Source: a virus (Duplodnaviria; Caudoviricetes). From it: a stretch of DNA of 47,040 bases. Below are positions 27,678 through 36,495 of the stretch, piece after piece (the stretch's first letter is position 1; every line of letters starts with the position of its first letter). Below the pieces are notes generated by a model, which was given only the letters and a program-made list of their open reading frames with translations, was not told the DNA's origin and made no database searches. Both the position numbers and the translations under genes were made by a program. The DNA lies in the IMG/VR virus record IMGVR_UViG_3300034062_001837, positions 1 through 47,040 of that record; one strand, 5' to 3'.

Positions 27678-27853
27678 TTTGTGATCCAGATTGCGGCAAA
27701 GATTGTCCCTGCCATCGACACAAGCATGATTCCGGCAGTCTTTATCATGATGCCTTCAATTCGCTTCAAACGTGCATTGATCTGCTCGTATCGGAGAGCA
27801 CAGACTTCCTCATGAGTTGATAGCCGTGCATCAGTTGCGTCAATGGTGGTCAT
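27674..27853 (-). CDS. small coiled-coil protein with C-terminal TM (XhlA/holin-like); not in the ORF track
   Basis: Manual translation MTTIDATDARLSTHEEVCALRYEQINARLKRIEGIMIKTAGIMLVSMAGTIFAAIWITK; ATGA overlap with the next gene. Confidence 0.7.
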   Translation of the reverse strand: MTTIDATDARLSTHEEVCALRYEQINARLKRIEGIMIKTAGIMLVSMAGTIFAAIWITK

Positions 27854-27855
27854 GG

Positions 27856-28014
27856 TCAGTCTTCCGCTTTAGGCTGCTCAACAGGTGCCGCCCCTTGGGC
27901 AGCGGCCTGCTTCTGAATTTCGTTGATCAAGCCGGCCACTTCCACAAACGGGCGGGTGCCCAGGTATTGCAAGATGCCGTTGATCAGTTGCGTTGAAAGT
28001 TTCAGTTCGTCCAT
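27856..28014 (-). CDS. small hypothetical protein; not in the ORF track
   Basis: Manual translation MDELKLSTQLINGILQYLGTRPFVEVAGLINEIQKQAAAQGAAPVEQPKAED. Confidence 0.7.
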   Translation of the reverse strand: MDELKLSTQLINGILQYLGTRPFVEVAGLINEIQKQAAAQGAAPVEQPKAED

Positions 28015-28066
28015 GTCGTTTTCCGTGTAGTTGCCGCTGTCAGGGCCAGCGGTATGCCCTCATTAA

Positions 28067-28175
28067 TTATGCCGACCAGGGCAGCGGGACCGTGACCACA
28101 GGCGGGTTGATCTGGTTGTCGATCTGCATGAGGGTAGCAGTCCATCGCGGTGATGGTCCAAGTGATAGTGGTCAT
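28067..28175 (-). pseudogene. internally deleted, frameshifted tail-fibre-associated gene
   Basis: MTTITWTITAMDCYP is joined out of frame to QIDNQINPPVVTVPLPWSA*; the span is 109 nt, not a multiple of 3. Confidence 0.7.
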
Positions 28176-28178
28176 GGT

Positions 28179-30488
28179 TTAGGCTCCTTTGAGTGCGGCC
28201 AATTCGGCCTCTAGGGTTTCAATACGGGCCATTGCTTCTTGCAGGGCTTTGATGGCTGCGAAGGTCAGGTCTTTGTTGTAGATCATCTTAAGCGGCACAC
28301 CATCTTCCGGCGTATCACCAAACCCGTCTGAGTTTACAAACTCCGGCGCAACGGCTTCGACCTGTTGAGCAATCACACCGATGTTGAGATCGTCGTGCGT
28401 CTGGTCTTTGTACTTGTAGGTGACAATCTCCAGCCCAGCGATCTTGCTCCAGTAGGAACCAAGCGGGTTGATATCGGTCTTGGTGCGAGCGTCAGACAGG
28501 TCTACGTTGTTTGATTGATAGTTTGCAAGACCGCCGTTGGAACGGATTTCGGCACGAAGAGTTGAGATGCCAACGCATTGAAGAAACTCGTTGCCTGTTC
28601 CATTTGGGTCTTGAGCAGAATACTCGACGCTAATACCAAATGGGCCATTTCCACCGTTACGGGTGTTGACAGCATAGAGCAGGTAGTTGTCATTGCTTGA
28701 CCGCAACTCATGGTAATCACCAGCGCTACCAAGATACGTTCCAGCGTTACTCGCCTTAAAGTAGCCCCCGCTTGTGATACGGGCGCGTTCGGCAAGCCCA
28801 CTTCCGCCATTGACATTGACGATAAATCCGCTGCTATTTCCAAGCAACTGGACTTGTCGCGTTGATTGGCTTGTCTGAAACTCAAGAGCGCCGCCTGTGG
28901 TTCCAGAAATTTCAAGACCAGCATAGGCTGATGCAGTTGCGGCAAGGCTGATTGCCTTTCCGTAAGAGCCAACATTTCCACTTGTGTTTCCAACCAACAA
29001 ATTCCCACTCGCATCCAGCGTCATTGCCTGGGTGAAGGTGATCGCGTTGCCTGCTGTGCCGGAGGGGGCTTGTAACCAATAATGCACACCGCCAAGTTGT
29101 TGGTAAGCAGAAGAACCAACCCCGCTTGCAAAATATTTATTTCCTGCGTTGTAGTAGACGTTAGAACCAAGTGTTGCAGCATTAGAGTATGAATACAAGG
29201 ATGTATATCCTGCACCCATTTGTAAAGCGCCGCCATTTGTGCTACCCCAAGCACTCGGAGTAACCCCCAGGCCCAGGTTGCCGGAGGAGTCGACCCTGAG
29301 TCTTTCCGCACCGTTGGTAACGACCCTGGCAACGTTTGAGCCTGGCAAAAGGCCAAAGTTATTAAGGCCAGCCGCATCCGAAAAATCAATTTCAGTGGGG
29401 TCGGAGTAAATCAAACCAGCTTGGCCGGTGCTGCCACCTTTAAACCGCGCGACAAATCCGTTTGATGCGCTCTCAGTGTCCAGCCTGTATCCCGGCGAAC
29501 TCGTCCCTATACCCAGGTTGCCGCTTTCATTCAATGTCATCTGGCGCGTGGGAGCTACGCCAAAAGTGCTTGGTGTGTAAAAAGCTAGTTGCTGCCCACC
29601 AATAGAGCCAATACCAGCACGATAACTGTTGCCGCCGATGAAGCCATTAAATTCAAGAGTTGGGTTTCCACTTGCAGGATATGTCGCATCTTGAATGACC
29701 GCGCTAACTGTGTATGCCGCAGCACTGCCAGCAGAAGTTACGTCCAGCTTTGCGTCCGGAGAACTCGTCCCTATACCCAGCCCTGTGCTAGTCAGGCGCA
29801 TTTGTTCGGAGTTGTTGACTGCAAACCGGGTATATCCTGCCCCCACAGTGCCGTCCGACTCAATCCAGTTGTAGTACGTCCCGCTGGCATCAAAGTTAAG
29901 TCGTCTTGCTGTGCCTGTACCACCAGAAATCCAGACATCTCCAGCGGCCCGCGCTGCACCGGCAACGTCAAGTCGGAAACTTGGTGAAACACCGATACCC
30001 AAATTCGTCCCATCAAACGTCAGCGCAGACCCAGTGGTCAGGACTTTGCTGCCGTTGAGGTAGGCCACGCCGTTGGCGGTGCCTCCGTTGATCGTCACCG
30101 TTGAAGTGGTGGTCAGTGCGTTTGCTGTGAGCGTGGTGCCATCAAAAAGCAGATTGGCAGAGTCCACCAGCAAGCCGCCTGTTGAGGCGTAGGGCACACG
30201 AGTACTGGTCAGGGAGCCAACGGTGATGTTGGTTCCAAGGAACAAGCTGCGAGGACGGCTCGTTCCAGAAGCCCCGATGTCGTACGTGTTGTCAGGGCTG
30301 AACAGCAAGTTGTTGGTGATGACACTTGGGTTGGTGCCAAGCTCAACAACGTTTCCGCCGCTGTCTTTTGTGTAGATGCGCTTGGTCGCTGTGTTGACAG
30401 CGATTTCAGTACCGCCAGCCGCGTTGGTCAAGTCACCAGCTGCGGGGGCCCCTGCCGTGTCCTTTTTCTTAATCAGGATAGTTGTCAT
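28179..30488 (-). CDS. tail fibre/spike with C-terminal peptidase S74 intramolecular chaperone
   Basis: Repeated ER.R...SGNLGIG..SP modules; LSDARTK...IGVIAQQVEAVAPEFV...KALQE coiled coil. Confidence 0.85.
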   Translation of the reverse strand: MTTILIKKKDTAGAPAAGDLTNAAGGTEIAVNTATKRIYTKDSGGNVVELGTNPSVITNNLLFSPDNTYDIGASGTSRPRSLFLGTNITVGSLTSTRVPYASTGGLLVDSANLLFDGTTLTANALTTTSTVTINGGTANGVAYLNGSKVLTTGSALTFDGTNLGIGVSPSFRLDVAGAARAAGDVWISGGTGTARRLNFDASGTYYNWIESDGTVGAGYTRFAVNNSEQMRLTSTGLGIGTSSPDAKLDVTSAGSAAAYTVSAVIQDATYPASGNPTLEFNGFIGGNSYRAGIGSIGGQQLAFYTPSTFGVAPTRQMTLNESGNLGIGTSSPGYRLDTESASNGFVARFKGGSTGQAGLIYSDPTEIDFSDAAGLNNFGLLPGSNVARVVTNGAERLRVDSSGNLGLGVTPSAWGSTNGGALQMGAGYTSLYSYSNAATLGSNVYYNAGNKYFASGVGSSAYQQLGGVHYWLQAPSGTAGNAITFTQAMTLDASGNLLVGNTSGNVGSYGKAISLAATASAYAGLEISGTTGGALEFQTSQSTRQVQLLGNSSGFIVNVNGGSGLAERARITSGGYFKASNAGTYLGSAGDYHELRSSNDNYLLYAVNTRNGGNGPFGISVEYSAQDPNGTGNEFLQCVGISTLRAEIRSNGGLANYQSNNVDLSDARTKTDINPLGSYWSKIAGLEIVTYKYKDQTHDDLNIGVIAQQVEAVAPEFVNSDGFGDTPEDGVPLKMIYNKDLTFAAIKALQEAMARIETLEAELAALKGA

Positions 30489-32707
30489 GCGTAGGTTCCT
30501 CCAGGGATTGTGTCAGTCCAGGTAGGCGCGCTGGTACCCCCTGAGATTAAAAATTCGCCAGCATTGCCGGCAGCACTGAAGCCGTAAGCCGTTCCCGTGC
30601 CGTAGGACACAGCTCCAGCCGTCGGAGTCGTTGTGGCGTTTGTACCGCCGTTTGCAATTGGCAAGGTTCCCGTCACGCCAGTCGTCAAGGGCAAGCCAGT
30701 GACGTTGGTCATTGTACCGGAAGTTGGTGTGCCAAGGGCCCCGTTGAAAAGCACAAAGGCGCCAGCCGATCCGGTGTTTACGGCAAGAGCCGTAGCCACG
30801 CCAGTGCCCAAGCCGGTGATAGAACCAACAGCTGGTGTGACCGTCGTGCTTGAAGCAGAGGTCAATTGGCCTTGAGCGTTAACTGTAAACGCGCCGACCT
30901 GCGTAGCTGATCCGTAAGAACCAGCAGTGACAGCCGTATTGGAAATACTGAACTGAGTGCCGGTCAAGGTCAGGCCGGTGCCGGCTGTATATGCCCCGGC
31001 ACCTGAAAATTGCACCCAAATAATGGGGCTTGTACCGACAATAGTTACCTGATCAATCTGAACCCATCCTGTGTTGGCGTACAGCGTGCCATTCGCAATA
31101 AATGTGAAGTCACCGCTTGCAATCTCAACAGCCGTATCAAAGTCAGTTGCTCTGGTTAAGACCGTGCCGCCTGTCGCCCACGTGTAAATGCCGTTGTTGG
31201 CCTGTGTTGCTTCGTTCTTGATCAAGACACGGTCGCCATTGAGCAATGTGTACCCGTCCAAAACAGTCAAGGCAACAGACAAAGTCAAAGTAGCGCCAAC
31301 GCCAGCAGTACCGTTGTTGTAGGTTACTGTGCCGCCAGTGATAGAGGCAAGCGTTCCTGGAGTCGCAGCTGCGCAAGAAGCGTGAATGTGCAGACCCTCG
31401 GCCACAGCATCCACGTATTGCTTGGTGGCCAATTGCAGGGCAGACGTTGGATCCTGCGTAACCGCAACCGAGGTCAAACCGCCCAGGGTCAATGATGAAG
31501 CCCCGAGCGAGATAGCTGTCGTACCAACCGTGACGCTGCTGTTGGTCAATGAACTGTTGCCAATATTGCTGAGCGCGTTGTTAGATCCGCTAATTGTCTT
31601 GTTGGTCAGCGTTTGGGAACCGCTTAATGTTGCGACCGTTGAATCAATTGCAATGGTCACAGCTGTTGAGCCGTTGTAACTGGTACCAGTCAAGCCGGTT
31701 CCAATAGTCAAAGCAGCCGTAGCAGTTGCGGTGATCGTACCAGAAGCCCCTAAGGCAACGTTGACACCATTGAAAGTAACCGAAGAATTGCTTAGTGCTG
31801 CGTTTGGAATGTTGCTGAACGTGTTGAGCGCTCCGCTCATTGTCTTGCCGGTCAAGGTGCTTGGAATGTCGTCATTCACAAGCAAACGGAAAGCTGTTGT
31901 AGCCGGAGCCCCCGACGTAGGACCCGCGTACACGTAATTGGCCGGCTGAGGAGTCACGACAAGCGCAGATCCCCAAGAAGGAGCCGCAGCCCCGTTGGAG
32001 ACTAGCACTTGGCCGCCAATACCTTGAGTTGTCTGCAAGAAACCGTTGCTGCCGTTGCTGTACCAAATCGAGCCAGGCGTCAGGTTGTTGACCTGCATCC
32101 CTGTGCCGCCTCGCGTCAAAGGAAGCAGGCCAGTGTATTCGGTCAAGTTTGCAAAGTTAAGGGCCGGGTGGACGTGGTCACCGCGAGACGATGCCGCGGC
32201 AGATCCTGCCGCAGCTGTTCCAAGGGCCGCCGGAGCATTTGCTGAAAAGTTAACGGCAAGCGTCCGATCGGCCTGCAAGTTACCGCCGCCAGTCAAACCG
32301 CTGCCGGCAATTATTTGGCGGGTGTCAGGAACATATCCAGAAATGACTAGGGCTGTCGTAGAGACACTCGTGACCAGTCCCTTGGCATCTACTGTGACTA
32401 CGGGAATCGTGGTCCCAGAGCCGTACGTACCAGCTGCCACGCCACTGTTTGCCAGCTTGTCGCTGGTCACTCCGCCCGTCGCGATGCTCAAGGTACGGTC
32501 TTGCGAAAGATCCCCGCCGCCTTGCAGGCCCCCGCCAGTACTGATCAGGCGAGATGCCGGGACAGAGACCGTCGATTGCAAGTCAATGAACTGGACCTGA
32601 TAGGTAACACCCTGAATGACGCAGACCATCGTCGCCGACGAAGTCGGGTTTGGAGCAACCGGCAGCTGCGTGATCGAGGTTGGTACGAGGTTTGATGGTA
32701 CGGTCAT
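30485..32707 (-). CDS. tail fibre protein
   Basis: 740 aa, Thr/Gly/Ser-rich; GLTGGG.L..DRT, QTLTNKTI, ATKQYVD and GDRVLIKN...NGIY fibre motifs. Confidence 0.8.
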   Translation of the reverse strand: MTVPSNLVPTSITQLPVAPNPTSSATMVCVIQGVTYQVQFIDLQSTVSVPASRLISTGGGLQGGGDLSQDRTLSIATGGVTSDKLANSGVAAGTYGSGTTIPVVTVDAKGLVTSVSTTALVISGYVPDTRQIIAGSGLTGGGNLQADRTLAVNFSANAPAALGTAAAGSAAASSRGDHVHPALNFANLTEYTGLLPLTRGGTGMQVNNLTPGSIWYSNGSNGFLQTTQGIGGQVLVSNGAAAPSWGSALVVTPQPANYVYAGPTSGAPATTAFRLLVNDDIPSTLTGKTMSGALNTFSNIPNAALSNSSVTFNGVNVALGASGTITATATAALTIGTGLTGTSYNGSTAVTIAIDSTVATLSGSQTLTNKTISGSNNALSNIGNSSLTNSSVTVGTTAISLGASSLTLGGLTSVAVTQDPTSALQLATKQYVDAVAEGLHIHASCAAATPGTLASITGGTVTYNNGTAGVGATLTLSVALTVLDGYTLLNGDRVLIKNEATQANNGIYTWATGGTVLTRATDFDTAVEIASGDFTFIANGTLYANTGWVQIDQVTIVGTSPIIWVQFSGAGAYTAGTGLTLTGTQFSISNTAVTAGSYGSATQVGAFTVNAQGQLTSASSTTVTPAVGSITGLGTGVATALAVNTGSAGAFVLFNGALGTPTSGTMTNVTGLPLTTGVTGTLPIANGGTNATTTPTAGAVSYGTGTAYGFSAAGNAGEFLISGGTSAPTWTDTIPGGTYA

Positions 32708-33003
32708 GGTATCAGGTACTCGTCATTGGAGCCAATCAAGAAGCTGTTGTCGTCCTCAGTGACCAGGCCTGCTGGGTCCGTGTTGAGTGGCGAATCAGGC
32801 CTCACAAAAGGCAATGTGATTTGATCTGGCTGACGAGGCGGCAAGCGGTAAGGATCGAGTTGATCCAGGTCTTCGCGGCACACCTTCAGCCCTGGTGAGT
32901 TTGGATCCGAGAACAGCTCGTCAAGGCTCATCTTGCGGCTGCAGCGAGCGCATAGGCCAATGCCTAGCGTGCTGCGCCCGCGAGTATCAAGCCAGATGCT
33001 CAT
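32704..33003 (-). CDS. small hypothetical protein with Cys motif (CxxC...C)
   Basis: 99 aa, coupled to both neighbours. Confidence 0.65.
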   Translation of the reverse strand: MSIWLDTRGRSTLGIGLCARCSRKMSLDELFSDPNSPGLKVCREDLDQLDPYRLPPRQPDQITLPFVRPDSPLNTDPAGLVTEDDNSFLIGSNDEYLIP

Positions 33004-33992
33004 CGTGTGTACACCGCAATGTTAGGAGTCATGTAGATCGGCGAATCGTCGCGCTCTTCACCTTCCGCTTCCAGGAGAGCTTGTTGAGCCTTTTGATCCA
33101 GGATGACAATCATTTGGGGGTCAACGGAGGCAGTCTCTTCAGCCACACGCGAAGCCAGCAAATAGACAATGGCGTCATACCAGCGCTGCGGCACTTCGAT
33201 CTCTTGAGTCATCGTGCCTACATCCATGATGTAACGCTTCACCCATACGACCACTTGGGCCGTGACAAATTGAGCAGATGGAACGGGCCACAGGTTCAAC
33301 ACTGGATTGTTGAGCTGGCGATCGCACCAGAACTGCAATGGGCGGCCTTGAAACGCCTTGTTTGGCAAGTTGACGTAATCGTCGCGATTCAAGCGAGCCA
33401 TAGGGATCTCGTTTGGCGTGTTGGCCAAGACCACCTGTGCTTGATTCAGGTTCCCTGAGGTAGCTCTTACCCTGAAATAGGAGGTCGCTAGGGACCCTTG
33501 AACGTCTACCCATGTCACCACACCAGCCGTTACATTTGGGTTGCTCTCGGTGGCCAGAATGGTCCAGGTGGTACCATCGTTTGACGTCTCGAGTGAATAG
33601 CCTATAGAGGCGCCTGACCACTCAATTCCGATGGTGGTGACCTGAGTCACTGTTGGAAAGATGGTCGTGTAGGTGGTTGACGTGACGGTGTTGTTCGTAT
33701 TCTCGTTCACAACCCCAATCGTGCGCAAGTTGGTGTTGAGGATGTCAACCACGCCGTTGGGCATGGTGATCAGTCCTTGCGCTTGATAGAGCGGCATCAG
33801 GTAACGCTCAATGCACCAGAGCTGTAGGCCACGATTGGCCAACTTGCTCAAGATGAGATAGAGAGCGTCCAGAGCAAAACTGATCTGCTCAGAAGAGATG
33901 CCTTCAGGAGGAATACGGCAACGACGATACGCGTGATCAATGACCTTGCGCGTATTGAAAACCGTCGTACTGACTGTGCCTGAGACTGCCAC
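33000..33992 (-). CDS. head-tail connector/closure-like structural protein
   Basis: 330 aa, GTG start with AGGAG SD; ANRGLQLW, YVNLPNK..QGRP, LWPVP. Confidence 0.6.
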   Translation of the reverse strand: MAVSGTVSTTVFNTRKVIDHAYRRCRIPPEGISSEQISFALDALYLILSKLANRGLQLWCIERYLMPLYQAQGLITMPNGVVDILNTNLRTIGVVNENTNNTVTSTTYTTIFPTVTQVTTIGIEWSGASIGYSLETSNDGTTWTILATESNPNVTAGVVTWVDVQGSLATSYFRVRATSGNLNQAQVVLANTPNEIPMARLNRDDYVNLPNKAFQGRPLQFWCDRQLNNPVLNLWPVPSAQFVTAQVVVWVKRYIMDVGTMTQEIEVPQRWYDAIVYLLASRVAEETASVDPQMIVILDQKAQQALLEAEGEERDDSPIYMTPNIAVYTR

Positions 33993-34058
33993 CGGATCTG
34001 CTCCTATTTGTTAAATTTCGGCTTGCCGTCAGGGGCAGACCCGGGGGTTGTTTTTATT

Positions 34059-34607
34059 TTACTTCATCCGTCCAAATTTTGGCACCTTTGAAAACGTCGG
34101 CACGCCACCTTTGGCGAGTTTGTTCCCGGCTCCTGAACCGTGGGCCTTGCTTGCCGGCATATTGGCGTGTTTTTCCAATTTTGCCTCAACCGAACCGCCC
34201 TTTTTCAGGGCGGTTGGCTCTGACATCTCGTGCTTGAGCATGGTCAGAGGGGCTTTTGCCTTGCGCATCATCTTTACTTCGGCTTTTTTGGTAGCCGGGG
34301 TGTCCATCTCGCCGGACATTTCGCGCACTTCGTGGCTTATCAAGGCCTTTGGTGCGCCGGCTTTGCGCAAAAGGGCCACTTCCTTACGGACCATGGCTTC
34401 CGGTTCGCGTTTTGCAGGCATTTTTGGACCGCCTTTGGCGTATCCTGCCGTCGACTTGCACATTCCGCCATTTTTCATGGCGTGCGGTGCGTCGTACATG
34501 GCCTTTGGGATGCCTTTTGTGGACTTTGCAGTGGACACTGATCGCTTTGACTGGCGAGTTGGCGACGGAGCGAAAGTGAATTCGCCGTATTGAATGTTTT
34601 TTCCCAT
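34059..34607 (-). CDS. Lys-rich protein with four xxxGG motifs and an internal duplication
   Basis: MKNGG, YAKGG, LKKGG, LAKGG; duplicated EVxxxRKAxAPxxxxxHExxE. Confidence 0.7.
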   Translation of the reverse strand: MGKNIQYGEFTFAPSPTRQSKRSVSTAKSTKGIPKAMYDAPHAMKNGGMCKSTAGYAKGGPKMPAKREPEAMVRKEVALLRKAGAPKALISHEVREMSGEMDTPATKKAEVKMMRKAKAPLTMLKHEMSEPTALKKGGSVEAKLEKHANMPASKAHGSGAGNKLAKGGVPTFSKVPKFGRMK

Positions 34608-34608
34608 A

Positions 34609-34806
34609 TCAGTTCCTTTTTGCGGCTGCCCGCATGTTGTCTACTAGATTGGGATAAGGGCGTCCGGCTGCTTTCGCTGCTGATTTGGCGCCGGCTTTTG
34701 CAGCTGACGATAGTTTTTTGGGCTTTGGCAGATCCTTTGGCCTTGGTTTATCCCAAGGTGCTTTTACTTTGCCTCCTGCTTTGAAGGCCATCTTGTTTCC
34801 CATCAT
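34609..34806 (-). CDS. small basic hypothetical protein
   Basis: FKAGG..PWDK..AGRPYPNLVDNM; start at 34806 fits the upstream stop at 34808. Confidence 0.65.
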   Translation of the reverse strand: MMGNKMAFKAGGKVKAPWDKPRPKDLPKPKKLSSAAKAGAKSAAKAAGRPYPNLVDNMRAAAKRN

Positions 34807-34807
34807 G

Positions 34808-35119
34808 TCAGCAGTCCCACTTGTTAAGGGCAAGGGCTTTCCTAGTTGGTCGGCCTTTGTCATCTTTCATTGGACCCGGCATGCCTGACATCCGCGCGCA
34901 AAAACTGCTGCGGCGTCCGGCTGCTTTGGGGCTTTTTGCCGCTTGCTTGGCGGAGACAGGAGGCTTTAGACTGCCGCCAGTTTGCCTGTTGTAGGCGTCA
35001 CGACCTTTTTGGTTTAGTCCGCCTTTAGGATTTTGTCCTTCTTTGCGCGCCCAGACAGCTCCGCCCTTTGCCACAAACAAGGTGCCGCCGCCTTTTCCAA
35101 ATTTGTGATCGTTTACCAT
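34808..35119 (-). CDS. small basic conserved phage protein
   Basis: KEGQNPKGGLN..GR, RRSSFCARM and LNKWDC motifs. Confidence 0.7.
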   Translation of the reverse strand: MVNDHKFGKGGGTLFVAKGGAVWARKEGQNPKGGLNQKGRDAYNRQTGGSLKPPVSAKQAAKSPKAAGRRSSFCARMSGMPGPMKDDKGRPTRKALALNKWDC

Positions 35120-35673
35120 GTTGCTATCGCAGTCCTTTTCCAGGTGTCAGTTGCGACACAGACGTAGATGTAACTTGAGTCCCAGCAAATGTCGCCAGCG
35201 GTTCCAGCCGCTGCTGCAGAAGCAGGGGTCCGGGTGGCCGGAACATTGATGGTGTTGCCAATGATTTCAAAATTGCCAGCACTTGTGAACTTTGCAACCA
35301 TGGTTGCAGCAGCTCCTCCAGCCATCAGCAAGACTTGGAGGTCAAAGGCTTCCGTGCCAGAACCAACGTTTGTGGCGATGGCTTGGATCCGAGCCCCTAT
35401 CTCTGTGTTGCTTGCAGCTGTCTCGCAGACAAAATCAAGGCGTGTGCCAATACCCGCCGAGGGCGTCCCCGACGTCTCGTGAGCAAGCGTTGCAGCCGTG
35501 GCTGGCGTGTTTGTGTTGGAAGTCTCTACCAACAACGTTGGCGCAGAATTGGCAAACGCCTTGATCAGGTCTGAACTGAGCTTAACCGACGTGGCCGATT
35601 GGACCGACTCAAAAAGCTCGGTGCCAACAAGCGACGTGCCTGATGGTAAATCCGTGATCTTGATGTTGGCCAT
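35113..35673 (-). CDS. virion fibre/decoration-like protein
   Basis: MANIKITDLP N-terminus; C-terminal GTAGDICWDSSYIYVCVATDTWKR fibre motif. Confidence 0.65.
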   Translation of the reverse strand: MANIKITDLPSGTSLVGTELFESVQSATSVKLSSDLIKAFANSAPTLLVETSNTNTPATAATLAHETSGTPSAGIGTRLDFVCETAASNTEIGARIQAIATNVGSGTEAFDLQVLLMAGGAAATMVAKFTSAGNFEIIGNTINVPATRTPASAAAAGTAGDICWDSSYIYVCVATDTWKRTAIATW

Positions 35674-35676
35674 GGC

Positions 35677-36453
35677 TTAGTCCGGATTCTTGATCAAGAT
35701 GATGTTGAAATACGAACTCACGGCGTTGTTTGCAGCAGCTCCGATTGCAGTGGCTCCAACGCAGTTCTTTTCGGGGATCCTGTACGGCTGATCAAATTGA
35801 AACAAGGCCGCACCGTTGTTCACCGTGGCGATTGCCCCAACGCGCAGAATTCCATCCGGACCGTGTTGTCTTAGGTAGGCAGTGACAGCAGTTGAGCCGG
35901 AAGCCTGACCCGCTGAGATTGAGCCTTCGGTCATGTAGCCGGTGTAGCCAGCTGGAACGCAATAATGGCCCGTTGTGCGGTTGTTGTAGCCTGTTGCAAT
36001 GATGTCGTACAAGACGGCTGGAACGCCAGATGTCACGGTTCCGGTGCCTGCATTGATGTTGCCGGCATTTGCTCCACCTGAGCCGGCAGTGGCAACATAA
36101 AAGCTGTTGACGTACAAGTACGAGTTAGTTGTGTTGACGGCGGTCTGTCCGTTCAAGACTACCGTTTCGCTGACGATGTTGTAGCTACCATCAACACCTT
36201 CAACGTACACCGTGCGGGCCCCTGTACCAGCAGAAGCGTCATCTGTGCTAGACGAACTGATTTTCAAAACGGACGCGACGGTGGGATGAGGAATGGTGCC
36301 GCCATCTGGCCACACGGTCTCTTCAGATGTGTCCACGTCTGGGTTGTAGCCAAACACAATGACCGTGCTATGGCCATCGATTTGTCCACGAGACACCTGA
36401 AGCCCAAACGGCTCAAATTGGCCTTGACGTGTTACTGATGAATAAACTCCCAT
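35677..36453 (-). CDS. structural protein (beta-rich)
   Basis: 258 aa; FGYNPDVD...ETVW, GTGARTV. Confidence 0.65.
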   Translation of the reverse strand: MGVYSSVTRQGQFEPFGLQVSRGQIDGHSTVIVFGYNPDVDTSEETVWPDGGTIPHPTVASVLKISSSSTDDASAGTGARTVYVEGVDGSYNIVSETVVLNGQTAVNTTNSYLYVNSFYVATAGSGGANAGNINAGTGTVTSGVPAVLYDIIATGYNNRTTGHYCVPAGYTGYMTEGSISAGQASGSTAVTAYLRQHGPDGILRVGAIATVNNGAALFQFDQPYRIPEKNCVGATAIGAAANNAVSSYFNIILIKNPD

Positions 36454-36472
36454 GATTCAGTCTCCTAAAGAC

Positions 36473-36488
36473 GGGGGCCAAAGCCCCC
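36473..36488 (-). terminator. hairpin / possible terminator
   Basis: Minus strand GGGGGC-TTTG-GCCCCC-GTCTTT after the stop at 36496. Confidence 0.45.
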
Positions 36489-36495
36489 TGGTTAA

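Noticed and set aside
28179-32707. Diversity-generating retroelement acting on the tail fibres
   Set aside because: No reverse transcriptase and no adenine-specific TR/VR pair was seen in the window.
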